Assembly (NCBI GenBank): GCA_034722055.1
Contig: JAYENL010000284.1
Location: 1-59,117 of the forward strand
Source: Armatimonadota bacterium
Lineage (GTDB): Bacteria; Armatimonadota; Zipacnadia; Zipacnadales; UBA5352
Direction of reading: 5' to 3'
Length of the DNA: 59,117 nt
Shown: positions 38,285 through 48,046 of the stretch, piece by piece
Layout of the letters: each line of letters starts with the position of its first letter
Numbering within the stretch: position 1 is the stretch's first letter
The notes under the pieces: model-generated
Databases searched by the model: none
Seen by the model: the letters and a program-made list of their open reading frames with translations, nothing else
What the model was told of the DNA's origin: nothing
Position numbers and translations under genes: made by a program

Positions 38285-39100
38285 CTACCGCCAGCGCAGC
38301 ACTGGCACCTCGGCCTGCTCCACGATGTCCGGCCACGCCTCGCCCAGGAAGAAGCCGGTCAGCGTGCCCCTGACGGCGCCGCCGACGGCGATGAGGTCCG
38401 GCTCCCACTCACTCGCCTGGTCGAAGATGACACTCGGAGCGTCGCCTTCCACGCGGGCCACATCGGCGTCGATCCCGCGGGTCCCGACGAGCCGGGCGGC
38501 GTACTCCACGCCCTCCGCCAGGGCGGACTCGGGCATGGCGCCGGTGACGATGCCCACCTCCCAGCCTCCGAGGGCCGCCAGGTCCGCAACCCACTCCACG
38601 GCGTGCCCCGACGCCGGGCTGCCGTCGTAGCCCACCATCACGCGGGTAATCTCCCGGTACTCGCCGCGGGTGATCAGAACCGGCTTGATGCAGCGCCGGA
38701 TGACATGGTGGGCCGTGCCGCCCAGCAGCTCCGCATGCTGGTCACGCCGGCCCTTGGCGCCGATGACGACCATGTCGCAGGCTTGGGCCTCCTCGACCAG
38801 CACCTCCCCCGGCCTCCCCGCCAGCAGCCGCGGCGTGAAGTCCAGGTCCGCTGTAGAGCATGTCTCGCCACAGGTGTCCAGGGCGCCTCGGAACCACGCC
38901 ACCGCCGCTGTGGGGATGTGCTCCAGGCCCTCGATCTCCTCCACCGTGTGCTCATCGAACTCCACCTCGCCGTCGAAGTCCTCCACCGCGCAGGCCACGC
39001 CCACGACGTCAGCGCCGGCGATGCCTGCGAGTTCCACGGCGTAGCGAACCGCCACCTCGCTCTTGGGGGAGCCGTCCACGCCGACCATGATGGCTTTCAT
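38285..39100 (-). CDS. universal stress protein (two USP domains)
   Basis: I.VGVDGS..S, D.VVIGA.G, LLGG.A..V.R....PVL; second domain VGYDGS. Confidence 0.9.
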   Translation of the reverse strand: MKAIMVGVDGSPKSEVAVRYAVELAGIAGADVVGVACAVEDFDGEVEFDEHTVEEIEGLEHIPTAAVAWFRGALDTCGETCSTADLDFTPRLLAGRPGEVLVEEAQACDMVVIGAKGRRDQHAELLGGTAHHVIRRCIKPVLITRGEYREITRVMVGYDGSPASGHAVEWVADLAALGGWEVGIVTGAMPESALAEGVEYAARLVGTRGIDADVARVEGDAPSVIFDQASEWEPDLIAVGGAVRGTLTGFFLGEAWPDIVEQAEVPVLRWR

Positions 39101-39144
39101 CCAGCCTTACTCCTTTCCACCGTCTGGCTGCGATACGTGAGGTG

Positions 39145-39171
39145 ATTCACCGTCCGCCAGGAGTCTCCTGC
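39145..39171 (-). promoter_or_regulatory. sigma-H-like promoter (best match) for the USP gene
   Basis: GCAGGA-N17-GAAT. Confidence 0.6.
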
Positions 39172-39182
39172 ACGCACCTCCG

Positions 39183-39210
39183 GGAGGTCCCGGGCGCCGG
39201 AGCGCCGAAC
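39183..39210 (+). promoter_or_regulatory. sigma-H-like promoter, divergent from the USP promoter
   Basis: GGAGGT-N18-GAAC. Confidence 0.45.
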
Positions 39211-39238
39211 TCCCCAGGTGAGGCGAGGAGGTCGCAGG

Positions 39239-39436
39239 ATGCGCAAAGAGCTGGAGATCACCATCGGTCCCGACGGGAATCTCGAGATCCTGACCCACGG
39301 CTTCAAGGGCCGCTCCTGCCTGGAGGCGGTCAAGCCCTTCGAGCAGACCCTTGGCGAGGTCACGCACCGAGAGCTGACCGGGGAGTACTATGAGCGAGAG
39401 ACCGGGCAGGCCACGGACCGCACGCGGCGACGCTGA
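39239..39436 (+). CDS. DUF2997 family small protein
   Basis: LEITIGPDG.....THGFKG..C......E..LG......LT.EYY; GAGGAGG RBS. Confidence 0.8.
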   Translation: MRKELEITIGPDGNLEILTHGFKGRSCLEAVKPFEQTLGEVTHRELTGEYYERETGQATDRTRRR

Positions 39437-39590
39437 GATCATCATCGCGCCGGACGGTGAGGTGATCATCTTCGACCTCGACCGGCGCCTGCTGCGCGCC
39501 GCCGAGACGCTCAATCCCGCCGACCCTCGGCTCAAGGCCGCCCGGGAGGCCCTCGACCACGCCTCCGGGGACGCGGACGCGGGCGACTGA
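39390..39590 (+). CDS. small hypothetical protein
   Basis: 66 aa, EIIIAPDGEVIIFDL...L..A..LNP.D; overlaps DUF2997 by 47 nt; GGGGAG RBS. Confidence 0.6.
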   Translation: MSERPGRPRTARGDAEIIIAPDGEVIIFDLDRRLLRAAETLNPADPRLKAAREALDHASGDADAGD

Positions 39591-39595
39591 GCGCC

Positions 39596-41827
39596 TCACT
39601 CCGGCAGCGCGAGCTGCACCCGGGCCCTCGGTCGCGTCGTGGGCTGGCTCTCGTCCTCGTAGCCGATAACGGTGAACGTCCCCCGGCGTAGCGTCGGGAA
39701 GCGGCCGCGCACCTGCTCGGAGACGTCCGCCCCCGTGTCATCCTCACCGGCGGCGCGCACGCTCACCGGGCCGTACCACACCCTCCCCTCGCGCCCGAAG
39801 CGATACAGATAGACCCACTGCAACTCCGTGGCGCTCTCAGGGACGGTGAACTCCGCCTCTGCCTCCCGCCACTGCTCCCCGAAGCGATTCGTCAGGCCGC
39901 CCACGTCCACGGTCTCGCCATCCTCTGTGCCGAAGCGCAGCACCACGTGGCTCTGAGCGCCGGCCTGGGCCTTTCCGGAGATCTTCACACTCAGCGTCGA
40001 TCCCGGCTCGACCTTCCGCCCAACACGCAGGCGGATGACGAGATAGCCCTCGTCGAAGCTGCGGAAGCCGGTGGGGTCGCCGGTGTCGGCGCGGGAGGAG
40101 CCGTCGTCATCGAGCAGCGGCAGCGTGATCAGCCGACTGCCCTCCCGCGGATCGATGACAAGTCGGTGCCCGCGCTCCAGCGTCCCCAGGTACTGCACTC
40201 GCGCCCTGCCGTCGCTGATGGCAGGGTTGCGGACCGTCCCGCTGATGCACTCGATGATGATGGTCGGCTGCACGTCGCCGGCCAGCCGGAAGCCCGGCTC
40301 CAGCCACCGAGTGCCCGAGATGCCCACCTCATGCGGCTCGGCCAGGGGCATGGCGGTATCCCCAGTGGCCGTCACCACCGTGGGCGTGGCGCCCTCGGCC
40401 TCCGCGCGCACCGTGAAGGGCCCGCTCTCAGTGCCGGTGAAGCCATCCGGAACGCTGACCCACCAGTCCGCCAGCCGCCGCTGCCCGGGCGCCATCTCGC
40501 CAAGCTCCAGCGTGGCCGGCGGTGAGGCTGCCGGGTCCACGGTGAAGTCCCCCGGCGGCGTCAGCGTGACGGTGACGCCCTCCGCTCGCGCCCCCTCGGG
40601 ATCGAGGAAGAACGAGGGCTCTCGCGCGTTCTCCACCACCGCCGAGACGTGCATCACGCCACCGGGCTCCGCCGCGTCCAGCGGCAGGTCCAGCAGGACG
40701 CGCAGTGGAGGCTGGCTCCGCACGATGTCCATACCGACGTCCTGACGGGCCAGGAAGCGGCGGTGGTGCAGCGGCTGGGAGACCCCGCGGATGTTCCACT
40801 CCGGGTCGTCCGGAATGCCCGGGTCATCGTTCCAGGCGTCGTTCGCTGCGCAGTCGCCGGGGCAGTAGAAGAAGTACCCCATGTTCTGGGGCAGCCGCTC
40901 CGTCGCCATCGCCAGGCACTCGTCCCACGGGCACAGCCGCATGCGGCCCGGGTGTGAGACCTGCGAGAACATCAGCCAGTCGTGCTCCCGCGCCAGCCGG
41001 GTGTAGCGGTCCCAGATCTGCCGGTTGTTGGGGTACGCGAAGAAGCCGTCGCACAACCCGGGCTTGATGATGTCGCCCCAGTGGATGGGCATGAGCATGC
41101 GCGTGTCCAGGGGCGTCCCCTCCGGGACCATGTCCAGCGAGGTGTGGTTCGTCTGCTGGTAGTACCAGATGAGGCGGCCCCGGGACGCCTCCTTCATGGC
41201 GGCGTGGATGTCGTTGATGACCTGCACCCACTTCTCGCCCCACCACCGGCGCATCTCGTCGTCCCAGGTCAGCGGGCGCCCCACCTCCGCCTCGATCTCC
41301 TCCCGGAAGCGCTCCATCGCCCACGTGGGCTCCTGCCCGTCCTCGTTCTGGCGGAAGGGATCGCCGCTGAAGTGCCCGGGCAGCTCCTCCAGGAAGGTGA
41401 GCCCCACCACGTTCTCGGGGCGACTGATGTTCTCGAGCACCACCGAGACCTGCTGGTTGATACGCTCGACGACGCCCTCCCTCACGCCCGGCTCGTAGAG
41501 GTAGTGCAGGAAGGTGGCCTGGTAGCGGTTCTCGGCGCAGTCGCCCAGGCTCATGATCGGCCACAGGCGGATGACGACCTTCAGGTCGGGGTTGATCTCC
41601 AGGAAGCGGTTGACTTGCGCCACGGTCTCGTCGCTCGCCGAGACGTTCCCGAAGCACAGATACAGCCAGTCATAGCGCGCCACGTCGAGCTCAGTCAGCC
41701 CGCCCATGCCGCCCCAGTAGCACCCCACGCCCAGCTCCCAGTAGTGGTCCTCGACCTGCGCTGAGACTGGAGCGACGAGAAACAGCGCCACGATCAGCGC
41801 CGCCGCGAGAATCACATTCGTCCGCAT
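39596..41827 (-). CDS. large secreted hypothetical protein (TIM-barrel-like N-terminus, Ig/NEW3-like and CBM-like C-terminus)
   Basis: Signal peptide ..VSA|Q; coherent codon usage; GGAGG RBS before ATG 41827. Confidence 0.7.
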   Translation of the reverse strand: MRTNVILAAALIVALFLVAPVSAQVEDHYWELGVGCYWGGMGGLTELDVARYDWLYLCFGNVSASDETVAQVNRFLEINPDLKVVIRLWPIMSLGDCAENRYQATFLHYLYEPGVREGVVERINQQVSVVLENISRPENVVGLTFLEELPGHFSGDPFRQNEDGQEPTWAMERFREEIEAEVGRPLTWDDEMRRWWGEKWVQVINDIHAAMKEASRGRLIWYYQQTNHTSLDMVPEGTPLDTRMLMPIHWGDIIKPGLCDGFFAYPNNRQIWDRYTRLAREHDWLMFSQVSHPGRMRLCPWDECLAMATERLPQNMGYFFYCPGDCAANDAWNDDPGIPDDPEWNIRGVSQPLHHRRFLARQDVGMDIVRSQPPLRVLLDLPLDAAEPGGVMHVSAVVENAREPSFFLDPEGARAEGVTVTLTPPGDFTVDPAASPPATLELGEMAPGQRRLADWWVSVPDGFTGTESGPFTVRAEAEGATPTVVTATGDTAMPLAEPHEVGISGTRWLEPGFRLAGDVQPTIIIECISGTVRNPAISDGRARVQYLGTLERGHRLVIDPREGSRLITLPLLDDDGSSRADTGDPTGFRSFDEGYLVIRLRVGRKVEPGSTLSVKISGKAQAGAQSHVVLRFGTEDGETVDVGGLTNRFGEQWREAEAEFTVPESATELQWVYLYRFGREGRVWYGPVSVRAAGEDDTGADVSEQVRGRFPTLRRGTFTVIGYEDESQPTTRPRARVQLALPE

Positions 41828-41842
41828 CGCCCGCACCTCCAG

Positions 41843-42712
41843 CTACCGTTCAAGCAGCCACCGGGTGGTGGCCAGGACGCCCTCCATCCGCCTCAAGGTC
41901 AGCTCTACCGGCAGGCCGCGCTCCCCGGGTATCTCCAGGTTGAAGATGCCCTCGAAGCCCACCTCCCGCAGCGCCGCGATCCCCGCCTCCCAGTCGATGG
42001 TGCCCCGGCCGGGCGCCAGGTGCTGATCGCTGCTACCGTCGTTGTCCTGGATGTGCAGGGCGATGAGCCGCTCGCCGCACTGCCGCACGCTCTCCGCCAT
42101 CGTCAGGCCCTGCACGTTGGCATGACCGACGTCCAGGCAGATGCCCATGTTGTCGGCGCCGACGGCCTCGATCAGCTCGTGCAGCTCCGGGATCACGGCG
42201 CCGTAGCGGCGCCGGCCCATGGCCGCGGAGGTCCCGCCGCCCGAGTCCATGGTGTCCTCGACGGCCAGGTGGAAGTCATTGCGGGCGGCGCAGTCGGCCA
42301 GCCGCCGGAAGCCCTCCACGCGCAGCTCGGCCTGCCGCTGCCACTCAGCCCAGGTGGCCGGCTGCCCCCCGCCGGGATGGATCACGCCCACCTCGACCCC
42401 GATCCGCCGGCAGAGCGCGATATGCTGCTCGACTCTCGCCAGATCGCTCTCCCGCCTGTCCTCATCCAGCGAGGCCACATCCGCGCTGATCAGCAGATGC
42501 GCCTGCGGCATCGTGGCACCAAGCTCTTCGACCGTGGCACGCACCTCGTCCGCCGCGGCCTCGGGGCTGCCGGCCTCAGCGATCGTCTCCAGGTGCTCTG
42601 TCGAGAGCTCGAAGGCCTCCCAGCCGATGCCGGCGAGGCTCCTCACGGCCTCGACGGGCGAGAGCTCGACGAGGATGCTCGTCCACATTGCCGGGGTCAT
42701 CATCGCCATCAC
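41843..42712 (-). CDS. sugar phosphate isomerase/epimerase (AP endonuclease 2 TIM barrel)
   Basis: VIHPG, LAVE, GICLDVGHA, LHIQDNDG..DQHLAPG.GTIDW, NLE. Confidence 0.88.
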   Translation of the reverse strand: MMAMMTPAMWTSILVELSPVEAVRSLAGIGWEAFELSTEHLETIAEAGSPEAAADEVRATVEELGATMPQAHLLISADVASLDEDRRESDLARVEQHIALCRRIGVEVGVIHPGGGQPATWAEWQRQAELRVEGFRRLADCAARNDFHLAVEDTMDSGGGTSAAMGRRRYGAVIPELHELIEAVGADNMGICLDVGHANVQGLTMAESVRQCGERLIALHIQDNDGSSDQHLAPGRGTIDWEAGIAALREVGFEGIFNLEIPGERGLPVELTLRRMEGVLATTRWLLER

Positions 42713-43701
42713 AGCTCCGTCACGCCGGGCTGGCCGCCGATGTTCAGGATGGCCTCGGCGATCCGCGTGGCCTCGATGCCCTCTCGGGCGCCGACGTCGG
42801 GCCGGCTGCCGGACGTCACGCAGTCGATGAAGTGCGCCATCTGGCGCCGGAACCAGTCGGAGCCGGTGTCGGGCTGGTACTCCACGATCTCCTCGCCACC
42901 GGGGCGCCGCACCTCCAGCGTGCCCTCTCCGGGGAAGACGATGGCGCCCTCCGGCCCCAGGACGTCGTGGGCGCCCTGGGCCCGGACGTCAGAGCCGTGG
43001 CCGGGGAGGCCCCAGGACCAGCACATGATGAGCTGATCGCCGTCCGCGAAGTCCACCGTCGCCACGCCCGTGTCCAGGGCGTCGCCGGTGGTTTTCATGT
43101 GGCGCAGGTTCGCACACACGCGGGTGGCCTCGCCGAAGGTGAAGCGCGCGAAGTCGTAGTTGTGCACCGCCCCGTCGATGAAGGGGCCGCCGCCGATGGT
43201 CCTGTCGAAGAACCACGGCGTGGGGGCGCCGGAGCCGGCGCTGACCGAGCGCCAGACCACGGGCCGGCCGATGATCCCGTCCCGGATGATCTCCCGCAGC
43301 TTCAGCCACTCGTTGCAGAAGTGCCGCACGAAGCCGATCTGCAGGATGACGCCATTCTCCTCGCAGGCCTGCGCCATCTCCTCGGCCTCGGCGACGGTCA
43401 TCGCCATAGGCTTCTCGCAGAAGATGTGCTTGCCCGCCTGGGCGGCGGCGATGACCCCGTGGGGATGAAAGCCGGTGGGCGTGCAGACCACCACGGCGTC
43501 CACCTCATCGTGCCCCAGCAGATCTTCCAGCTCCGTCGTGCCGCAGTCCGTGCCGTACTGCTCCTGGTGCTTCTCCACAGCCTCCTCGTTAACGTCCATG
43601 GCGCATGCGATGAAGGCGTCCGGGTGCTCCACGATGTGCGGTGCGTGGGCGCGGTGGATGCCGCCGCAGCCGATAAACCCAACTCCGATCTGACTCATCA
43701 T
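42709..43701 (-). CDS. Gfo/Idh/MocA oxidoreductase
   Basis: GFIGCGGI, DAVVVCTP..FH, GKHIFCEKP, GGG..IDGAVHNYD. Confidence 0.92.
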   Translation of the reverse strand: MMSQIGVGFIGCGGIHRAHAPHIVEHPDAFIACAMDVNEEAVEKHQEQYGTDCGTTELEDLLGHDEVDAVVVCTPTGFHPHGVIAAAQAGKHIFCEKPMAMTVAEAEEMAQACEENGVILQIGFVRHFCNEWLKLREIIRDGIIGRPVVWRSVSAGSGAPTPWFFDRTIGGGPFIDGAVHNYDFARFTFGEATRVCANLRHMKTTGDALDTGVATVDFADGDQLIMCWSWGLPGHGSDVRAQGAHDVLGPEGAIVFPGEGTLEVRRPGGEEIVEYQPDTGSDWFRRQMAHFIDCVTSGSRPDVGAREGIEATRIAEAILNIGGQPGVTEL

Positions 43702-43720
43702 CAGTCTCCTTGTGGTGGTG

Positions 43721-44617
43721 TCACTGGCTCTGGTTGCCTGTCATCTCGTCTCGCGCCTGGATCAGCGCCCGAATGTGCTCCGGCGTGGTGCCGCAGCAGC
43801 CGCCGATGACCTGTGCGCCGGCCGCCACCAGCTCGCCGAAGTGCGAGGCCATCTCCTCGGGCGTCTGGTCAAAGACGGCCTGGCCTGCCTCCAGCCGGGG
43901 CATGCCGGCGTTGGGCTTGCACCACAGCGGAAGGTCCGTCGCCGGCCGCATGAGGCGGGTAACCTCAATGGCCTCCGCGATCCCATGCCCGCAGTTCGAG
44001 CCCACGACGTCCGCACCCGCCGCCTGCAGCTCTTCGGCCGCCTGTTGGGGAGACACGCCCATGATCGTGGCGTAGCCCCTCTGGCCCTTGTCGAAGGTCA
44101 TCGATACGACGACCGGGACGTCCGAATGCTCATTAACGGCCCGGAGGGCCGCCCTCGTCTCGTCCAGGTCGAACATGGTCTCGATGACAATGCCGTCGGC
44201 GCCGGCCGCGATGAGTACCCTCATCTGCTCAGCGAAGGCCGCCACCATCTCCGCCTCCGAGACCTCGCCCAGCGGCTCCATGAACTCGCCGGTGGGGCCG
44301 ACCGAGGCGAAGACGGGCATCGGGCCCGCGGCGGCCTGCTTCGACAGCTCAAGGGCGCGGCGGTTGATCTGCTCGACATGATCCGCGAGTCCAGCCCTGG
44401 CCAGCGTGATGCGAGTGCCCCCCATCGTTGGTGTCATCAGAATATCGGGGCCGCTCTCGGCGTAGGCTCGGGCCAGGTCGAGCACCGCGTTGGGATTGTC
44501 CAGAACCCACCTCTCTGGCGGCTCGCCTGCCGGCAGGCCGCGGGCGTCGAGCTCCGTGCCCCATGCACCATCGGAGATGAGAATCCGCCCCCGGTTCAGT
44601 TGCTCCAGGACATCCAT
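43721..44617 (-). CDS. stand-alone homocysteine S-methyltransferase domain protein (paralog 2)
   Basis: DGAWGTEL, ASVGPTG, IETMFDL.E, GSNCG, KPNAG.P, IGGCCGTTPEHI; start ATG 44617. Confidence 0.92.
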   Translation of the reverse strand: MDVLEQLNRGRILISDGAWGTELDARGLPAGEPPERWVLDNPNAVLDLARAYAESGPDILMTPTMGGTRITLARAGLADHVEQINRRALELSKQAAAGPMPVFASVGPTGEFMEPLGEVSEAEMVAAFAEQMRVLIAAGADGIVIETMFDLDETRAALRAVNEHSDVPVVVSMTFDKGQRGYATIMGVSPQQAAEELQAAGADVVGSNCGHGIAEAIEVTRLMRPATDLPLWCKPNAGMPRLEAGQAVFDQTPEEMASHFGELVAAGAQVIGGCCGTTPEHIRALIQARDEMTGNQSQ

Positions 44618-44649
44618 TGCTCTTGCTCCCGAGACGCCCGGCATACCGG

Positions 44650-45534
44650 CTACAGCATCGCATCGCGCTGCTCGACCAGCGCCCGGATGTGATCGGGCGT
44701 GGTGCCGCAGCAGCCGCCGATGATCTGTGCGCCGGCCTCGACCAGCTCGCTGAAGTGTGAGGCCATCTCCTGGGGCGTCTCATCGAAGACCGTCCGGCCC
44801 TCCACGAGCCTGGGCATGCCGGCGTTGGGCTTGCACCACAGAGGCAGGTCGGTCGCCGGCCGCATCAGCCTGGCGACCTCGATGATGTTCTCGATGCCGT
44901 GTCCGCAGTTGCTGCCCACGATGTCGGCGCCCGCCGCCTGCAGCTCCCCGGCGGCCTGTTCCGGGGTCACGCCCATCATGGTGGCGTAGCCCTTGGACCC
45001 CTTGTCGAAGGTCATCGAGGTCACGACCGGACCGTCGAAGTGCGCCTTCGCCGCCGCCAGCGCCGCCTTCGTCTCGCCCAGGTCGGTCATCGTCTCGATG
45101 AGGATGCCGTCCGTGCCGCCGGCCACCATGGCCCGCACCTGCTCCGCGAAGGCCGCCACCATCTCCTCCTCGGTCATAGTCCCCAGCGGTTGCATGAACT
45201 CGCCCGTGGGCCCGATGGACGCCAACACCAGCGCGCGGTCGTTCGCGACGCTCTTCGACAGCTCCACGGCGGTGCGGTTGATCTCCTCAACGCGATCCTC
45301 GAGGCCGCACCTGGCGAGCTTGAGGCGGCTGCCGCCGAAGGTGTCGGTGAGGATGATCTCCGCGCCGGCGTCAACGTAGCCCGCGGCCACATCGCGCACC
45401 GCGTCCGGCCGGCGCAGCACCCAGGCCTCCGGCGCGTCCCCCGGTGGCAGGCCGCGCTCTGAAAGCTGCGTGCCCCAGGCGCCGTCGGCGATCAGGACCG
45501 TCTTCTCCTCGAGCTGCTCCCTGATCGACTTCAT
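44650..45534 (-). CDS. stand-alone homocysteine S-methyltransferase domain protein (paralog 1)
   Basis: DGAWGTQL, TDTFGG, SIGPTG, IETM.DL.E, GSNCG, IGGCCGTTPDHI. Confidence 0.92.
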   Translation of the reverse strand: MKSIREQLEEKTVLIADGAWGTQLSERGLPPGDAPEAWVLRRPDAVRDVAAGYVDAGAEIILTDTFGGSRLKLARCGLEDRVEEINRTAVELSKSVANDRALVLASIGPTGEFMQPLGTMTEEEMVAAFAEQVRAMVAGGTDGILIETMTDLGETKAALAAAKAHFDGPVVTSMTFDKGSKGYATMMGVTPEQAAGELQAAGADIVGSNCGHGIENIIEVARLMRPATDLPLWCKPNAGMPRLVEGRTVFDETPQEMASHFSELVEAGAQIIGGCCGTTPDHIRALVEQRDAML

Positions 45535-46283
45535 GGTCGGCCCTCCTCGCTGTGCACATAGCGTTGCACCATCTCGGCGCAGCGGCCGCAGCCGAGCTCG
45601 CCCTCAGGGCACCTGCCCAGCCGCACGCACTTGGGCCCCGCGCCCTGAAAGGCCGCCGGCGCCACCGGCCGGACCGCCTCCAGCATCATCTCCGCGACCC
45701 GCCGCATCTCCCACTGCGCCCGCTGGCAGAGGCGCTCGGCGAAGAAGTGCAGCAGCTCCCGGGCGTTCATGCTCACGAAGATCTTCGTCTCGCAGGCGTT
45801 CGGCAGCACGTAGCGGGCGTCCTCGTTGCTCCCCTGCCCCGTGCGGCCGAGGGCATCGTTCAGCGCCGCATAGCGCTTGGCGATCAGCGCCATGGTCTCG
45901 CGGAAGTACTCCACTGCGCCCACCTCACTCCCGTCCACGGTCACGGTGCGGCCCTGGAGCTGGGGCGGGACCACGTAGTCAAAGCGGTCGTGCGCCACGT
46001 AGCGCTGCGAGCGCTGGGAGTAGCTGGCGATGCGATGCCGCACGAGCTGGTGGGTCAGCGCCCGGGAGACGCCCTCCAGGTAGAACGTGAAGGAGGCGTG
46101 CTCCAGCGGGCTGTGATGGCCCATGCGCTGCAGCCTGGCGACGAGCTCCCGTGCCTGGTCGGCATCCTGCCGCATCAGCTCCGAGGTGTCGCTGGCGTAG
46201 CAGAGGCGGGCCGCGGCCGCAATGACCTCGTCGGGGCGCTGGGTGTGCTCTATCAGTGTGACGCGCGGCTGGACGCTGGACAC
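45531..46283 (-). CDS. thyX: FAD-dependent thymidylate synthase
   Basis: GH.SPLEH, GVSRALTHQLVRHRIASYSQRSQRY, EDARYVLPNA, MNAREL.HF..RLC.RAQWE. Confidence 0.96.
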   Translation of the reverse strand: MSSVQPRVTLIEHTQRPDEVIAAAARLCYASDTSELMRQDADQARELVARLQRMGHHSPLEHASFTFYLEGVSRALTHQLVRHRIASYSQRSQRYVAHDRFDYVVPPQLQGRTVTVDGSEVGAVEYFRETMALIAKRYAALNDALGRTGQGSNEDARYVLPNACETKIFVSMNARELLHFFAERLCQRAQWEMRRVAEMMLEAVRPVAPAAFQGAGPKCVRLGRCPEGELGCGRCAEMVQRYVHSEEGRP

Positions 46284-46333
46284 GTGCTCCTCCGTTCGCG
46301 GCAGGGTGACCGCCTGTGGGCGCGAGCAGCGAG

Positions 46334-46360
46334 CTTCGCCGTGCCGACCGGGACTCCTCC
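46334..46360 (-). promoter_or_regulatory. sigma-H-like promoter for the thyX unit
   Basis: GGAGGA-N17-GAAG. Confidence 0.5.
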
Positions 46361-46362
46361 CG

Positions 46363-47913
46363 TCACCGGCCGCGCACCATCGCCGCGGGAATCATGTTGC
46401 CGAGGTTCAGGACGGCTGCCGGATCCAGGGCCCGCTTGGCGGCGGCGATCTCCTCCAGCCCCTCCACCCCGTACATCAGCTCCAGGTAGGGGACATTGCG
46501 GCCGTCGATGGGCAGCGTTTTCTTGCCGACGCCGTGCTCGGCCGTGATCGTCCCGCCCAGCTCGATGGCGGTGCGCGCCAGGACGATGTACTGCTGCATG
46601 GCGGCGTCCTGCTCGGTGGCGTCGGCCGGCAGGAAGTCCACGTGCAGGTGGTAGTTGCCGATGTGGCCGAAGAGCACTGAGGAGGAGGCCGGGCGCCCGG
46701 TCACGCTCAGGAACTGAGCAGTCGAGTCCCGATAGGCGTCCATCATGTGCCCGAAACCCTCCGGCGGCACGGCGTAGTCGGTGCAGAGCTTGTCCGTGCC
46801 GTGCTGTCGCAGCCAGGTGTTGACGTTCTCGGGCAGCGCGTGACGGAAGGTGCGCTGGGCCTCGCGGTCACGGTCGGAGTCGGCGAACCAGTCATCCAGC
46901 GGCGCGCTCTCCTCGATGATGATCGCCAGGGCCTCGATGGCGTCGAAGTCATCCGCCGCCACCTCCGTGAAGATGGCCGCCTGGTGCTCGGGCCTCACCT
47001 GTGGCTGCTCGGCCATGAAGCGCAGCGCGCCGGGATCGTAGTACTCGACTGACACTATGGGCACGCCATCCGCCGCCTGGCGCAGCGCATCCGCGTGCGC
47101 CACGGCGGCCTCCTCACTGCCGAAGAACGCTGTGTCCGAGACGAGCTCCGGCCGCCGCGTCAGCCGGACCAGCACTCTCGTGACCACGCCGAGGATGCCC
47201 TCCGAGCCCACGAACAGGTCCACCAGGTCCATCCCGTCCGCGGCGAAGAGGCCCGCCGCGTTCTTGGTCTGTGGCATGTCGTATGAGGGCGCTGTGACCT
47301 CATGGTGGGTGCCTGCATCTGAGGTAAAGCGCAGCGTCCTGCCATCGGCCGTGACCTCGCCGCGTCGGACCGTCAGGCGCTCGCCGGTGGGCAGGACAAC
47401 CTCCAGCGCCTCCACCCAGGCTCGGGTGGCGCCGTACATGAAGGTCCGCGCTCCCGAGGCGTTCTCGGCCACCGCGCCTCCCAGCATCGCCGACTGCTCG
47501 GTGGGGGCGGGAGGGAACAGCAGCTCCGGGGCCAGAAGCGCGTCGAGAGCGTCGAGGGTGATGGCCGGCGGGCACCAGGCGCGTTGGGCGTCCCGGTCCA
47601 GCGCGATCGTGTAGGTCAGGCCCTGGTGCGTCACGGTGGCCGGCTCAAGGCCGTCCGGGACCTGGGCGTCGCGCATCATCTCCATGGACATGATGAGGCC
47701 GCCGCAGGTGGCGACGCGCGCGCCGGTGAGCCCCGTGCCTCCGCCGGACACCGTCACGGGCGTGCCGGAGGCGTTGGCCTCCTGCAGAACCTGCGCCACG
47801 TCCTCCGCGCTCTGGGGGAAGACCACCGCCTCCACGTCCCGGGCGAAGAACGTGTTGCTCTCATCGTCGGCGTACTGCTCGATGACCTGCGGATCGCTGC
47901 TGCGCCGCATCAT
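46363..47913 (-). CDS. FAD-binding oxidoreductase, GlcD/D-lactate dehydrogenase family
   Basis: GGGTGLTG, GG.VAENASG, LFVGSEGILGVVT, FGHIGN.HLH, GG.ITAEHGVGK; start moved to ATG 47913 (GGAGG RBS). Confidence 0.9.
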   Translation of the reverse strand: MMRRSSDPQVIEQYADDESNTFFARDVEAVVFPQSAEDVAQVLQEANASGTPVTVSGGGTGLTGARVATCGGLIMSMEMMRDAQVPDGLEPATVTHQGLTYTIALDRDAQRAWCPPAITLDALDALLAPELLFPPAPTEQSAMLGGAVAENASGARTFMYGATRAWVEALEVVLPTGERLTVRRGEVTADGRTLRFTSDAGTHHEVTAPSYDMPQTKNAAGLFAADGMDLVDLFVGSEGILGVVTRVLVRLTRRPELVSDTAFFGSEEAAVAHADALRQAADGVPIVSVEYYDPGALRFMAEQPQVRPEHQAAIFTEVAADDFDAIEALAIIIEESAPLDDWFADSDRDREAQRTFRHALPENVNTWLRQHGTDKLCTDYAVPPEGFGHMMDAYRDSTAQFLSVTGRPASSSVLFGHIGNYHLHVDFLPADATEQDAAMQQYIVLARTAIELGGTITAEHGVGKKTLPIDGRNVPYLELMYGVEGLEEIAAAKRALDPAAVLNLGNMIPAAMVRGR

Positions 47914-47949
47914 GCGCCTCCGGTCCTCGACATGCCTCTCAGACCGCCA

Positions 47950-48006
47950 CTTCTCCGTCACCGCCCGCGCCTCCTGTCGGAGGGCGCACAGCCGCCGATG
48001 GCGAAG
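47950..48006. promoter_or_regulatory. back-to-back divergent sigma-H-like promoters
   Basis: ACAGGA-N18-GAAG (-, 47950-47977) and GGAGGG-N18-GAAG (+, 47979-48006). Confidence 0.5.
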
Positions 48007-48046
48007 TGGGCACCTGCAGGAGAGGTCCGACCTCTGGAGCTACCCG

